From: a virus
Taxonomy: Duplodnaviria > Caudoviricetes
Length of the DNA: 36,351 bases
Virus record (IMG/VR): IMGVR_UViG_3300005077_000059
Coordinates: 1 to 36,351 of that record
Reading direction: 5' to 3' (one strand)
Below the pieces are notes generated by a model that worked only from the letters and a program-made list of their open reading frames with translations, ran no database searches and was not told the DNA's origin. Positions 8,068 through 17,276 of the stretch are shown piece after piece. A program made the translations under genes and the position numbers. Numbering within the stretch: position 1 is the first letter of the stretch; each line of letters starts with the position of its first letter.

Positions 8068-9026
8068 CCTCTTTTGCGCACGGCCGCCTGCAGCTCGCGC
8101 ATCAGGCGCTCGTCGCCAGGGTTGATGAGGACGCGCCGCTCGGGCCCCGCCGGCAGCGCCATGACCTCCGCCATGCGGCCCTCGAGCCACGCGCGCCGGA
8201 AGAACACCGTCGAGCAGCGGTCGTTGGGCCGGAGCGGTTGGAATCCGAAGTAGCCGTCGCCGAAGTCGTGCGTGAGCCACTCGGGCTCGCTCAGCATCAG
8301 CCCGTGCCGGCGCAGGGAGTCCTCGGCCGTGCGGGGCAGCAGCACGCTGACCCATCGATAGATCCGATCCTCGGCGACAGGCTCGATCCGCGCGGCGCCC
8401 TCGCGGTAGGACATCCCGCCGAGCCGGTGCAGCTCCGTCTGCGCCATCATGCGCGCCCGCGTCTCCGCGCGCAGCACGCGCTTCCTGCCGAGCTTGTCGA
8501 TGATCTCCAGGTCCTCGAGCCATCCGCCACGCACGAGCTCGACAGCGAGCGCCTGCTTGCCTGAGCCCTGGACCATGAAGCGCGTGATGGTCGCGCGCAG
8601 CTCGTCGACCGCCTCGGTCGTAAGGTTCCGCGCGGCGAGCGTGTAAACGTCGAGCGCGGCGGCCGCCACCGTCTCGGCGTCGAGGACGAGCTGCCTGGCG
8701 ATGCTCAGTCCGCCGGCGGCGAGCACCTGCGCGACGAGCATGTCCGCGCCGGCGCGGCCGGCCTTCGCGAGCGCTTCGTGGGAGAGCTTGGCATAGACGC
8801 TGGTCGGGCCGAAGGTCTGCAGGAGCAGCTGCTCGATCAGCCGCAGCAGCTCCCGCACCTTCTCACGCCGGTAGAGCGTCTCGCCCATGCGCGTCTCGTC
8901 GAGCTGGCGCAGCCATGCGCGCACCGCCCGGCTGACCGCGCGATCGGTGCCGGCCGCGATCTTGACCAGCCGCGCCTCGAGGTCGTCGGAGAGGTCGTCC
9001 AGCGGCTTGCCGGGGTGGTCGGCCAT
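8064..9026 (-). CDS. Minor head / head morphogenesis protein (Mu F, SPP1 gp7-like)
   Basis: Follows the portal; RARMMAQTEL, YRWVSVL..RT and PLRPNDRCS motifs. Confidence 0.75.
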   Translation of the reverse strand: MADHPGKPLDDLSDDLEARLVKIAAGTDRAVSRAVRAWLRQLDETRMGETLYRREKVRELLRLIEQLLLQTFGPTSVYAKLSHEALAKAGRAGADMLVAQVLAAGGLSIARQLVLDAETVAAAALDVYTLAARNLTTEAVDELRATITRFMVQGSGKQALAVELVRGGWLEDLEIIDKLGRKRVLRAETRARMMAQTELHRLGGMSYREGAARIEPVAEDRIYRWVSVLLPRTAEDSLRRHGLMLSEPEWLTHDFGDGYFGFQPLRPNDRCSTVFFRRAWLEGRMAEVMALPAGPERRVLINPGDERLMRELQAAVRKRG

Positions 9027-9029
9027 CGC

Positions 9030-10541
9030 CTACGGCTCCGTGATCTGCCGGCGGAGCTCGTCCTCGAGCGCGCTGGTGGGCGTCGCGGCGCGAACCTCGG
9101 CGGCGATCTGGTCGATCACCGCCTGCGCGGCCTTGCGCCCCTCCGCATCGTCGGCAAGCCCGCGGTCGTGCATGATCGCCTCGAGGTGGCTTTCGAGCTT
9201 CAGCTCCAGCCGCTTGGACATCACCTCGAGGACTTCCTGCGTGCTGACGGGCACGATCTCGGACGCCCACTCGACGGTAACCTTCTCGCCGGGCTTCAGC
9301 TTCGCCTTGCCCGCGGCCGGGCTCTGCGCCAGCACCGCCGACGTGGAGTCGTAGAGCGCCTGCACGTGGCGCTCGTAGTTGGCGCGCTTGCGCCGCACGT
9401 GGGCGATCAGCGGCGCGTACTCGTAGTGCTTGGCCTTGCCGCTCTCGGCCTCGCCCTGTCCTTGGCCGAAGAGCGTGCCGAGCCCGTGCGTCGAGGCCGG
9501 CGTGTGGGCGAGCGAGAAGAAGAGGTTCAGCAGCGCGCGCAGCGGCTCCATCAGCACGTCGATGTTGAGCTGCCCGATGATCGAGGCGGGCGCCGTGCCG
9601 TTGGGGTCGAACTCCAGCGCCCAGCCGATCCCCATGGTTAGCGGGTTGGACGTGTTGGCGCCCTGCGCGCCGCGCGGCAGCGTGAGGATCGGGAAGTAGT
9701 GGTGCAGGTTCAGAATCACCTGCGAGAAGACGCGGTTGATCTCCTCGGCGATCTTGTAGGCCGGGTCCATGTCGCTGCGCCCGCCGAACGCGCCAGGCAT
9801 CAGCTTCGACCAGAGCAGCGCGCCCGGGATGACGCCGAATGGGTTGGCGCCGTCCAACCGCGGCTGCCAGAGCTCGCCGGTGACGGGATCCTTCGGCGCC
9901 GGCTCCTCGTCGAGCCAGACCTCCCACCGCGTCGGCGAGATCACCTCCATGCGGACCTTGGAACTGGCCTTGTCCGCCGGCACGCGCACGCCGCGGGCGA
10001 GCTGCCCGTCGACGACGTCATAGACGCCGTAGATCACGACGCCCTCGGGCCGGCGCTTGGAGCGGTTCACGCTGCCGCCGTTGTGGAGGGTGCGGAAGTA
10101 GCGCGGGTCGACGGCCTCGAACTCGATGTCCTCGAGCGAGCGGATGGGGTACTGCACGGGCACCAGGCGGTTGTAGCTCCAACCGTAGATCCCGGCGACC
10201 GTGGCCAGCATCTCCGAGTAGCCGAGCTGGTAGTCGTTGGCGTCGAGCAGCTCCTGCCAGACGTCGTTGGAGCCCTTGTCCTCCACGCTGGTCTGGACGC
10301 CGTCGCCCACCATGGCGGACGTGAGGACCTCGACGCCGGCTGCGCAGAGCGGCACGACCACGCGCGGGCGGTCCTTGTGGCGCTGCTCCGTCTCGGCGTA
10401 GAACCGCGGGAAGTACTGATCGCCTTCCAGCTCGCCGTAGTAGTGGTCCGCGAGCCGCTGCAGGTAGCCCTGCCGCGCCTCTTCGTCCTGCCGCTTCAAG
10501 AGCCGCAGGCTCTCCTGCACCAGCTGACTGGCCATGCTCAT
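9030..10541 (-). CDS. Portal protein (SPP1 gp6-like)
   Basis: 503 aa directly after TerL; LADHYYG, NPFGVIP, GRSDM and ESGKAK motifs. Confidence 0.85.
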   Translation of the reverse strand: MSMASQLVQESLRLLKRQDEEARQGYLQRLADHYYGELEGDQYFPRFYAETEQRHKDRPRVVVPLCAAGVEVLTSAMVGDGVQTSVEDKGSNDVWQELLDANDYQLGYSEMLATVAGIYGWSYNRLVPVQYPIRSLEDIEFEAVDPRYFRTLHNGGSVNRSKRRPEGVVIYGVYDVVDGQLARGVRVPADKASSKVRMEVISPTRWEVWLDEEPAPKDPVTGELWQPRLDGANPFGVIPGALLWSKLMPGAFGGRSDMDPAYKIAEEINRVFSQVILNLHHYFPILTLPRGAQGANTSNPLTMGIGWALEFDPNGTAPASIIGQLNIDVLMEPLRALLNLFFSLAHTPASTHGLGTLFGQGQGEAESGKAKHYEYAPLIAHVRRKRANYERHVQALYDSTSAVLAQSPAAGKAKLKPGEKVTVEWASEIVPVSTQEVLEVMSKRLELKLESHLEAIMHDRGLADDAEGRKAAQAVIDQIAAEVRAATPTSALEDELRRQITEP

Positions 10542-10553
10542 CGTGTCCGCCTC

Positions 10554-11978
10554 CTAGCCAAGGGTTCTCGGCCCCCGCAGCAGGGCCTTGCGCATCTGCC
10601 AGGCGATGGCGAGCGCGACCACGCGGTCGTCGTGGAACCCCTCCGGGGCTCCCGAGTGCTCCAGCGTGTCCTTGTACTCGAACACGAGCAGCTCCGCGCG
10701 CGTCTCATCGCCGATGCCGTCACTGAGCAGGCACTCGCGGCGTCGGATGGCGATCTCTAGCTCGTTCACCATCAGCGGCTTGCTCTTGCTGGTGGTGGCC
10801 CACCCGACCGTCAGCTTGGCCTTGCCCTCTTTGTCCCACTCGCGGTGGCGGTAGAGCCGCTCTGCAATCCGCGGACGCTGCATCAGCAGCGTGATGACGG
10901 TACCGCCTGGCCCGTTGCGCTCGATCCCGATGGGGCCCGGGTACACCTGCGCGACGCGCTCGAGCTTCTCGGTGAACACGTCGGGCCGCCACCGGCCGGC
11001 GAGGGAGAAGACCTGCCGCCCCGTCGCGCGGTGTAGCACCTCGATGGCAGAGTTGTCACCATCTTCCGTGCCCTCGGCCACGTCCACGCCGATCAGGAAG
11101 GGCGACTGATCGCCCTCGATCTCGGCCTGCGAGAGCCACGCCAGGATCTCGTGGCGCAGCGGGCGCGGGCTCTGAACGAGATCCTCCTGCGAGAAGACGG
11201 CCGCGCCGCTCTGCAGGAAGTCGCAGCCGTACTCCTGCCGCGCCATGCGCGTCGTCATGCCCTTCGTCGCCTCGGCGTACCACGCGGCGTCGCGCCCGGG
11301 GTGCTGGCGCCAGTGCACGCGGCGCGGCGTGAAGCCATTGTCTGGCGCCGCCGTGTAGACTCGGTGGAAGAGCCCGCCCACGCCGTTGGGGCTGCTGACC
11401 ATGCCCAGGCGCCCGCCGCCGGAGAGCGTCGGCTTGAGCGCGGTGAACATCTTGTCGGCGAAGGGCAGGAACGCCGCCTCGTCCATGAAGACCTCGGTGG
11501 CCGTGTAGGTGCGGCCGATCTCCTCGGACGCGGGCAGGAACTGCAGCGCGGCGCCGCCGGCGAATCCGATCTCGCCCTTGTTATCGACCTCCCGCACGTC
11601 GAGCTCGCGCACCGGCTCGGGCAGGTTGTCGAGGATGGCGCGCGCGCGGTCGCCGAGGTGCCACGCGTCCTTCTCGCGCTTGCTGACATAGAGGATGCGC
11701 GCGCGCTGGCCGTAGAGCACGCGCCACGTGCCCCAGGCCACGAGCAGCCAGGTCACGAGCATCTGCCGGCTCTTGAGCCATGCGAAGTTGTGGCCGCCGA
11801 CCAGATCGTCCACGAGCGGCGCGATGAAGTCGTGCGCCGGCCAGGCGATGCTGGCGAGGTCCGGGCGCGACTCGTCGAAGGTGCGCACGCAGGCGGCGAG
11901 GTAGAACGGGAACGACGCCGAGAGACGCTGGTGGAGCTCGGCCTCCTCGTCAGGCACCGAGTAGGCTGGCTCGCCCAT
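10554..11978 (-). CDS. terL: Terminase large subunit
   Basis: KSRQMLVTW Walker A region, VFMDEAAF Walker B, SSPNG coupling motif, IGVDVAEG and HDDRVVALAIA nuclease motifs. Confidence 0.95.
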   Translation of the reverse strand: MGEPAYSVPDEEAELHQRLSASFPFYLAACVRTFDESRPDLASIAWPAHDFIAPLVDDLVGGHNFAWLKSRQMLVTWLLVAWGTWRVLYGQRARILYVSKREKDAWHLGDRARAILDNLPEPVRELDVREVDNKGEIGFAGGAALQFLPASEEIGRTYTATEVFMDEAAFLPFADKMFTALKPTLSGGGRLGMVSSPNGVGGLFHRVYTAAPDNGFTPRRVHWRQHPGRDAAWYAEATKGMTTRMARQEYGCDFLQSGAAVFSQEDLVQSPRPLRHEILAWLSQAEIEGDQSPFLIGVDVAEGTEDGDNSAIEVLHRATGRQVFSLAGRWRPDVFTEKLERVAQVYPGPIGIERNGPGGTVITLLMQRPRIAERLYRHREWDKEGKAKLTVGWATTSKSKPLMVNELEIAIRRRECLLSDGIGDETRAELLVFEYKDTLEHSGAPEGFHDDRVVALAIAWQMRKALLRGPRTLG

Positions 11979-11981
11979 GGC

Positions 11982-12446
11982 CTACTCCCCGGCTGCTGCG
12001 GCGGCGGCCTCCGGATGCAGGAGCGCGAGGATTGCCATGCGCTTGGCCTTCGCGGAGGGCGAGACGACCAGGGAGCCCTTGATCTGCTTGGGCGCGTCCA
12101 GGCCCGTGTACTTCGCGCGGCGCTCCATGCAGCGGATGATCGCGTGGACGGCGGGCGCGGAGCCCTTGAGCGCCTTCGGCCAGAGCGCGCGCTCGAGCTC
12201 GTCGAGCCGGCGCAGCTCCCACTCGCGCAGCTCTTCGGCGGGCTCCATGGGCAGGCGCTCCATGGCCCGCACCACCGCCTGCTGCGCGCCGCTTGGCGAG
12301 CGGTAGCCCAGCTTGCTGGCAATCTGCGCGTAGCCCATGCGCGCGAGCCGCAGGGTGAGGGCCTGCTCCTCGCGCTTGCGCGCCTCGATCCGGCGCGGGC
12401 TGGTCGGGCTCTCGCCCTTGCGGGGGCCGCGCTTCGTCGTGCTCAT
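11982..12446 (-). CDS. Terminase small subunit / HTH protein
   Basis: HTH ALTLRLARMGYAQIASKLGY; ERRAKYTGLDAP motif; directly upstream of TerL. Confidence 0.75.
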   Translation of the reverse strand: MSTTKRGPRKGESPTSPRRIEARKREEQALTLRLARMGYAQIASKLGYRSPSGAQQAVVRAMERLPMEPAEELREWELRRLDELERALWPKALKGSAPAVHAIIRCMERRAKYTGLDAPKQIKGSLVVSPSAKAKRMAILALLHPEAAAAAAGE

Positions 12447-12473
12447 GTCCGCCTCCGTCTGGGGTGGTGAGCT

Positions 12474-13904
12474 CTACTCCTGGCCGTCTGGCCCTGCGAT
12501 CCCTCGCTCCGCGGCGACGGCGTCGAAGGTGGCGCCGCTCTCCTCGAGGACGGCCTGCCGGCCGGTCTCGACCTGCCACCGCTTGATGATAACATCGCAA
12601 TACGCCGTGTCCATCTCCATCAGGAAGCTGCGGCGCTCCGAGCGCTCCGCGCCGATCAGCGTGCTGCCGCTGCCGCCGAAGAGGTCGAGCACGTGCTCGC
12701 CGCGCTTCGTCGAGTAGCGGATAGCGCGCTCGGCGAGCTCGACCGGCTTCTCGGTGAGGTGAACCATGCTCTGCGGGTTGACCTTCTTCACCGGCCAGAC
12801 GTCGGTGGCGTTGGTGGGCCCGAAGAACTGGTGCGCGGCGCCCTCCCGCCAGCCGTAGAAGCAGCACTCGTGGTTGCCCATGTAGTCCTTGCGCGTGAGG
12901 ATCGGGTGCTCCTTCACCCAGATAATCCCCTGGCTGAAGTAGAGGCCAGAGGCCTTGATGGCCGGAGGGTAGTTGATCCAGTTCGAGTAGCCGCCCCAGA
13001 TGTAGAAGGCGCGCCCGGGAATCAGCACGCGCGCCATGTTGCCGAACCACGCCAGCAGCAGCGCGTCGAAGGCGTCGTCGGTGATGAAGTCGTTGGCCAG
13101 CGGGCGATCCTTGGCGCGCATCTTTCCGGTCGGCCTGGACTTCGACTTGTGCCGCGCGAGGTCGAATCCCTGGTGGTGCATGCCGCGCGCATCGGAGGCC
13201 TCGACGGCGCTCTTCGTGGCAGGGAAGCTGGACAGCCCAGCGGCGATCGCGTTGTTGGAGCGCGGCTCGACCTTCACGTTGTAGGGCGGGTCCGTGTTCA
13301 CCAGGTGGACCGGCGCGCCGCCGAGCAGGCGGTCGACCGCGTCCGCGTCGCCGGAGTCGCCGCAGAGCAGCCGGTGCTTGCCGAGGATCCAGAGATCCCC
13401 CGTGCGCGTGACCGGCGTGTCAGGCGGCTCCGGCACCGGCGCGTCCTCGCCGGCCGTCCAGTCGCGGTCCAAGATGGCGTCGAGCTCTTCGCGGTCGAAG
13501 TACTGCGTCAGGTCGACGTCGCCGCGCGCCTCGAGCGCGGCCATGACCTCCGTGTCCCAGTCCAGCCCGAGCTCGCCCGTCCGGTTGTCCGCCACCGCGA
13601 GCTCGCGGCCGCGCGCGCTGTCGAGCGCCAGGTCCGTGCGCTGGACGACGACGAGCTCCTGGCCGGCGGTCTGGACCACGCGCATGGGCAGCCCGATCTC
13701 CCTGGCCTTTTCAACCGTCTTGTTGCCCGCGATCACTTTCCCGTCGCGGTCGACGACGACGCTCCGGCCGGCGCCCAGCCTGCGGAGGCTCTGCTCCACG
13801 GCCTTGCGCCCGCGCACGGTGCCGCGGTTGGGGTTGGCGTCGTCCAGCTCGAGCTCTGCGAGGTCGTGCAACTCGCGGGCCGGCTTGCGTCTGCGCTCTG
13901 CCAT
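12474..13904 (-). CDS. Beta-class amino (N6A/N4C) DNA methyltransferase with ParB-like N-terminal domain, 476 aa
   Basis: TDPPY precedes HLTEKPVEL and VLDLFGGSGSTLI; N-terminal SVVVDRDGKVIAGN...ADNRT; ATG at 13904 after GGAGG. Confidence 0.92.
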   Translation of the reverse strand: MAERRRKPARELHDLAELELDDANPNRGTVRGRKAVEQSLRRLGAGRSVVVDRDGKVIAGNKTVEKAREIGLPMRVVQTAGQELVVVQRTDLALDSARGRELAVADNRTGELGLDWDTEVMAALEARGDVDLTQYFDREELDAILDRDWTAGEDAPVPEPPDTPVTRTGDLWILGKHRLLCGDSGDADAVDRLLGGAPVHLVNTDPPYNVKVEPRSNNAIAAGLSSFPATKSAVEASDARGMHHQGFDLARHKSKSRPTGKMRAKDRPLANDFITDDAFDALLLAWFGNMARVLIPGRAFYIWGGYSNWINYPPAIKASGLYFSQGIIWVKEHPILTRKDYMGNHECCFYGWREGAAHQFFGPTNATDVWPVKKVNPQSMVHLTEKPVELAERAIRYSTKRGEHVLDLFGGSGSTLIGAERSERRSFLMEMDTAYCDVIIKRWQVETGRQAVLEESGATFDAVAAERGIAGPDGQE

Positions 13905-13906
13905 CG

Positions 13907-14191
13907 CTAGGCCTCCTCGAACATCTGGGCCAGTGCATCGATCACGCGGCTTCCGCGCGTGTCGATCTCCATGGCCTCCCTGCGCTCCGCGAGCGCGTCG
14001 TCGATGGTGCGGACCTGGCGCAGGAGCGCCTCTCGCACGGCGCGCTGCTCGCCGGTGGAGAGCCTGAGCCCCGGGTCGCGCTCGAGCTCGGCCGCCAGTG
14101 CCGCGCGGATCTGAGCCGCCGCGATGGCGCGGGCGACGTAGCCCACGAGCACGTCCTGCCTGAGCCGTTGATCGCCGATGCCGCTGGACAC
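13907..14191 (-). CDS. Hypothetical helical protein, 94 aa (first gene of the packaging operon)
   Basis: GTG at 14191 after GGGAGGT; abuts the methyltransferase start. Confidence 0.6.
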   Translation of the reverse strand: MSSGIGDQRLRQDVLVGYVARAIAAAQIRAALAAELERDPGLRLSTGEQRAVREALLRQVRTIDDALAERREAMEIDTRGSRVIDALAQMFEEA

Positions 14192-14203
14192 GGTCCACCT
14201 CCC

Positions 14204-14239
14204 ACGAAAGAGGCCCCACGCATGGCGGCGCGGGGCCTC
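14204..14239 (-). terminator. Putative intrinsic terminator upstream of the packaging operon
   Basis: GAGGCCCC...GGGGCCTC stem followed by TTTCGT on the minus strand. Confidence 0.55.
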
Positions 14240-14279
14240 GAGGAGCTCTCCCTGATCGGGTGATGTACTGGCAGGCGCG

Positions 14280-14308
14280 AGGTTGCCCGCCAGCGCCGCC
14301 ACTGTCAA
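14280..14308 (-). promoter_or_regulatory. Putative late promoter
   Basis: TTGACA-N17-CAACCT; the -35 overlaps the upstream TGA; the -10 lies inside an inverted repeat (CTGGCGGGC...GCCTGCCAG). Confidence 0.45.
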
Positions 14309-14826
14309 GAGCTTTGATCCTCCCGCGCCGCGCCGTCCTCGGGCTCGCCCGGGGATCGCGGCTCCTGGCTGGCGAGCTGCTCGTCCATGCTCGGCCGCAC
14401 GGGCAGCCTGCGCACGTTGGTCGTCGGCAGCGGGTTCCCGGCCGCGTCGACCAGGCGATTGTCGGGCACGAGCAGGTCGCCGGCCTTCATGCGCTCCTGC
14501 ATCTCCGCGACGGCCTGGCGGTCCTCTGCGACGTGGCGGGCGTACTCGGAGCGGCTCCGCTTGAAGCAGCGGTCCGCAAGCTCCAGCGCCTCCTCGAGCA
14601 GCCCGCTCGTCACCTCCGCACGCGCGCCGCCGAGGCTCGTGCTCCCGGCGAGTAGCGCCTGGAAGATGCCGCCCGTGAGGCGCATGAAGTCGTTCGCCGT
14701 GAAGCCGACACCGCTGTCGACGATCTGGACGAGCTGCACATGCGGCCCCTCGGGCAGCGCCTGCTGCGGTGCGCGGGCATGGTGCGCGCGGGCTTCGGGC
14801 GGCTGCCTTCGGCTCCTGTTTCCCAT
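14305..14826 (-). CDS. Hypothetical protein, 173 aa
   Basis: ATG after AGAGGAG; fits the minus-strand gene tiling. Confidence 0.65.
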   Translation of the reverse strand: MGNRSRRQPPEARAHHARAPQQALPEGPHVQLVQIVDSGVGFTANDFMRLTGGIFQALLAGSTSLGGARAEVTSGLLEEALELADRCFKRSRSEYARHVAEDRQAVAEMQERMKAGDLLVPDNRLVDAAGNPLPTTNVRRLPVRPSMDEQLASQEPRSPGEPEDGAAREDQSS

Positions 14827-14895
14827 CGCGATCTCCTCTCGACGTGAGGGGCGCCGGCGCCGGCCCCACCAGCAACCGGCGCCCCGGGGGGGGGA

Positions 14896-15636
14896 TTACT
14901 TCTTGCGCGTGCTGCGCTTGGCCGCGGGCTTGCCCTTGCCGCTCGCCGCCGGCTTGCCGGCGGGCTTGCAGGGCTCCGCGCTCTTCGTGCTCATGTCGAC
15001 CACCCCCTTCTGCTCGCTGGGTTTGACCAGCGTGGGCCCGGTCACCGGGTGCGCGATCCAGGAAGCCTCCGGCTCGCCGTCCGCGAAGGGGAGCGGTTCG
15101 CCATCCTCGCTCACGACGATCCGCACGCCGGGCTGCCCGCAGCCGGGGCACGAGAAGGCCTGGTCCGCGTGCGTTGGCACCGTCTTGACCTTGGCCACGG
15201 GGTCCATGCCGCAGTTGCTGCACATCGCCTCGTAGAAGCCGGGCGCCACGAGCTTCTCGGCGCGGCCCTTGCTGCCGACGTCGGCCGGGAGGGGGCTGCG
15301 CACCATCGGCTTCTCGCCGGCCGCGGGCGCGGCGGCCTTGCCCGGGTCCTCGCCCTCCGCGGCGAGCGCGAGCTCGTGCTGCGGGAAGGCCTGCGTCGGC
15401 ACGCCGCCCGACTGGTGGCAGACGCGCCGGTACTGGTGCAGCCAGTCCTCGACGGCGGCCGCGAGCTTGGCGTGCGGGCCCTCGCCGGGCGCCTGGTGCC
15501 AGAGCACCGCGGCCTCGACGAGGCGGATGACGCTGCGGTTGGCGCCCTCGTCGGCGCCGAGGATGGGGAAGAGCTTGACGGCCTCGGCCTTGAGGTCGTC
15601 GACGCTATCGGCCTGGATTACGATGCGGCTTGCCAC
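14896..15636 (-). CDS. Hypothetical zinc-ribbon protein with Lys-rich tail
   Basis: CSNCG...CPGCG pairs; start coupled to the upstream stop. Confidence 0.65.
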   Translation of the reverse strand: MASRIVIQADSVDDLKAEAVKLFPILGADEGANRSVIRLVEAAVLWHQAPGEGPHAKLAAAVEDWLHQYRRVCHQSGGVPTQAFPQHELALAAEGEDPGKAAAPAAGEKPMVRSPLPADVGSKGRAEKLVAPGFYEAMCSNCGMDPVAKVKTVPTHADQAFSCPGCGQPGVRIVVSEDGEPLPFADGEPEASWIAHPVTGPTLVKPSEQKGVVDMSTKSAEPCKPAGKPAASGKGKPAAKRSTRKK

Positions 15637-16175
15637 TACGGGCTCCTCTCGATCGAGCGCCGCCTGGCGCTCCGGGTTTCCGACACGGCGGGCTCGCCAG
15701 CCGGGATCTCGCGCAGCTCGAGCTGGGGGCTTTCTGCCTCCGCCTCGGGCCGGCTGAACTCCTCACGGATCCACGGGCCACCGGGCCCGTCGACGGGCTT
15801 GCGCTCGCGCACGCCCACGAAGCAGCGGTCGGGGTAGATCGCCGCCGCGACCTTGACCTTGAGCCGCGAGTCCTCCGGCCAGTAGGCGCCGGCGCGGGTG
15901 ACCGGCCCGCCCTTCTCCTCGCGGTAGTTCTTCGCGCCCTTCACCTCGTGGTACTCGTACTCCATGCTGGGCAGGAGCACCTCGAAGTCCGGGGTGTAGG
16001 TGGTCTTATCGTCGATCCCGAGCCGGAAGCGGACGCACTCGAAGCGCCACGCCAGGATCTCGCCGGCCTGGCGCAGGCGCTCGAGGTGCTCCGCGTAGCG
16101 GCGCTCGGTGCGGTTGGTGACGCCGGCAGACGGGCGGTAGGCACGGCCGCGCCCCCACCGGGGGTGACCGGGCAT
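15636..16175 (-). CDS. DUF1064-like PD-(D/E)XK endonuclease, 179 aa
   Basis: ERRYAEHL...GEI, YTPDF, HEVKG and RLKVK motifs; ATG at 16175 overlaps the upstream TGA. Confidence 0.75.
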   Translation of the reverse strand: MPGHPRWGRGRAYRPSAGVTNRTERRYAEHLERLRQAGEILAWRFECVRFRLGIDDKTTYTPDFEVLLPSMEYEYHEVKGAKNYREEKGGPVTRAGAYWPEDSRLKVKVAAAIYPDRCFVGVRERKPVDGPGGPWIREEFSRPEAEAESPQLELREIPAGEPAVSETRSARRRSIERSP

Positions 16176-16780
16176 CAGCCCATGTTCTCGAGGCTCGCGG
16201 GATCGCTGTTGCCGGCCACGCGCTTCAGGTCGCGCCAGCGCTCGAGCGTGGCGTCCGGATCCTCGCCGCGCGACTCGGCGCCGAAGAGGAAGGTCTCCGC
16301 GGCCTGGATGGCGCGCGGCTCCTTCATGCCCGTGTCCATGGCGATCTGGACCATGGCCTGGCGCACGTTCTCGCGGCGCTCGAGGTACTCCTGGCTCGGC
16401 TGGCCGGCCGCGGGGCGGACGTAGCCCTTGGGCTGCGCGCCCTTGGCCGCCGCGGGCTTGGCGCCGGGCTTGCCCGTGGCAGGCGGCGCGAGCGGGCGCA
16501 GCTGCCCGTTGGGCATCCGGCGGCCGACCTCGTGCGTCTGGACCACGCCTTCGGCCGTGACTTCGAAGGCGTCGGCGAAGGCGAGCATCACGCCGATGGC
16601 GTTGGCCGCGCCGGCCGGGGTGTTGTAGGGCCCGGCGAGGCGCTGCGGGGCGCCGAGGATGAGGTACTTCCCGTCCGGCTGGGGCGCGAGCCGCAGCAGG
16701 CGGGAGAGGTTGATCCGGCGCGCCGCCATCTCGGCCTCGCGCTGCGGGTCGACGAGCTTCTGCGGGAGACGGTCCACCAT
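16175..16780 (-). CDS. Hypothetical protein, 201 aa
   Basis: Tiles tightly between its neighbours; no recognisable motif. Confidence 0.65.
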   Translation of the reverse strand: MVDRLPQKLVDPQREAEMAARRINLSRLLRLAPQPDGKYLILGAPQRLAGPYNTPAGAANAIGVMLAFADAFEVTAEGVVQTHEVGRRMPNGQLRPLAPPATGKPGAKPAAAKGAQPKGYVRPAAGQPSQEYLERRENVRQAMVQIAMDTGMKEPRAIQAAETFLFGAESRGEDPDATLERWRDLKRVAGNSDPASLENMG

Positions 16781-16783
16781 GGC

Positions 16784-17206
16784 CTACACCTCCGTCGCGC
16801 CGCGATCGGCCATCCGCTCGGCCTCGAGCGCCGCCTCGGCCTCCGCCGCCAACGCGCCGCCGCGCTCCGCGGCCAGCGCCTGCTCCTCCGGCGTGCGCTC
16901 GAGCGTGGAGCCCTCCGCGCCGGTCTTGCCACCGTTGGGCGCCTCCAGCTCGGCCAGCTGCTCCTCGCTGAGCACGCCCGCGCGGTCGGTGCCGAAGCCG
17001 GTGCGGCAGTAGGGGCCCCACGCCTGCTCGCACCGCTCGGTGCTGGGGAAGGCGCTCATGGGCAGCTTCAGCGGGTTGAACTCGCGGCGGCTGCCGGCGT
17101 TGATCTCGCCGGAGGCCTCGAGCTGGAAGTGCACGGTGGCGCCATCGGGCGTGGTGAACTGCGCCCAGCCGTTGCCGAAGGTCACGAAGAGTTCCTGCTC
17201 GTCCAT
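16784..17206 (-). CDS. Hypothetical protein, 140 aa
   Basis: ATG after AGGAGGG, downstream of a predicted promoter. Confidence 0.7.
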   Translation of the reverse strand: MDEQELFVTFGNGWAQFTTPDGATVHFQLEASGEINAGSRREFNPLKLPMSAFPSTERCEQAWGPYCRTGFGTDRAGVLSEEQLAELEAPNGGKTGAEGSTLERTPEEQALAAERGGALAAEAEAALEAERMADRGATEV

Positions 17207-17246
17207 CGGGTTCCCTCCTGGGGTTTGGTGCGCGCTGCGCGGGGCT

Positions 17247-17276
17247 GGTATAGCCCCGCCCCGCCGGCGCCGTCAA
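17247..17276 (-). promoter_or_regulatory. Putative sigma70-type promoter
   Basis: TTGACG-N18-TATACC; the -35 overlaps the upstream TGA; the -10 sits inside GGGGCT...AGCCCC. Confidence 0.55.

Noticed and set aside
6386-13904. Genome-wide TAG reassignment (alternative genetic code)
   Set aside because: Conserved proteins are full-length under the standard code, TAGs fall at gene ends and are followed by RBS/start codons, and no CUA-anticodon tRNA is seen
14886-14894. G9 homopolymer as a phase-variation tract
   Set aside because: Intergenic, just past a stop codon, with no promoter or ORF whose spacing it would clearly alter
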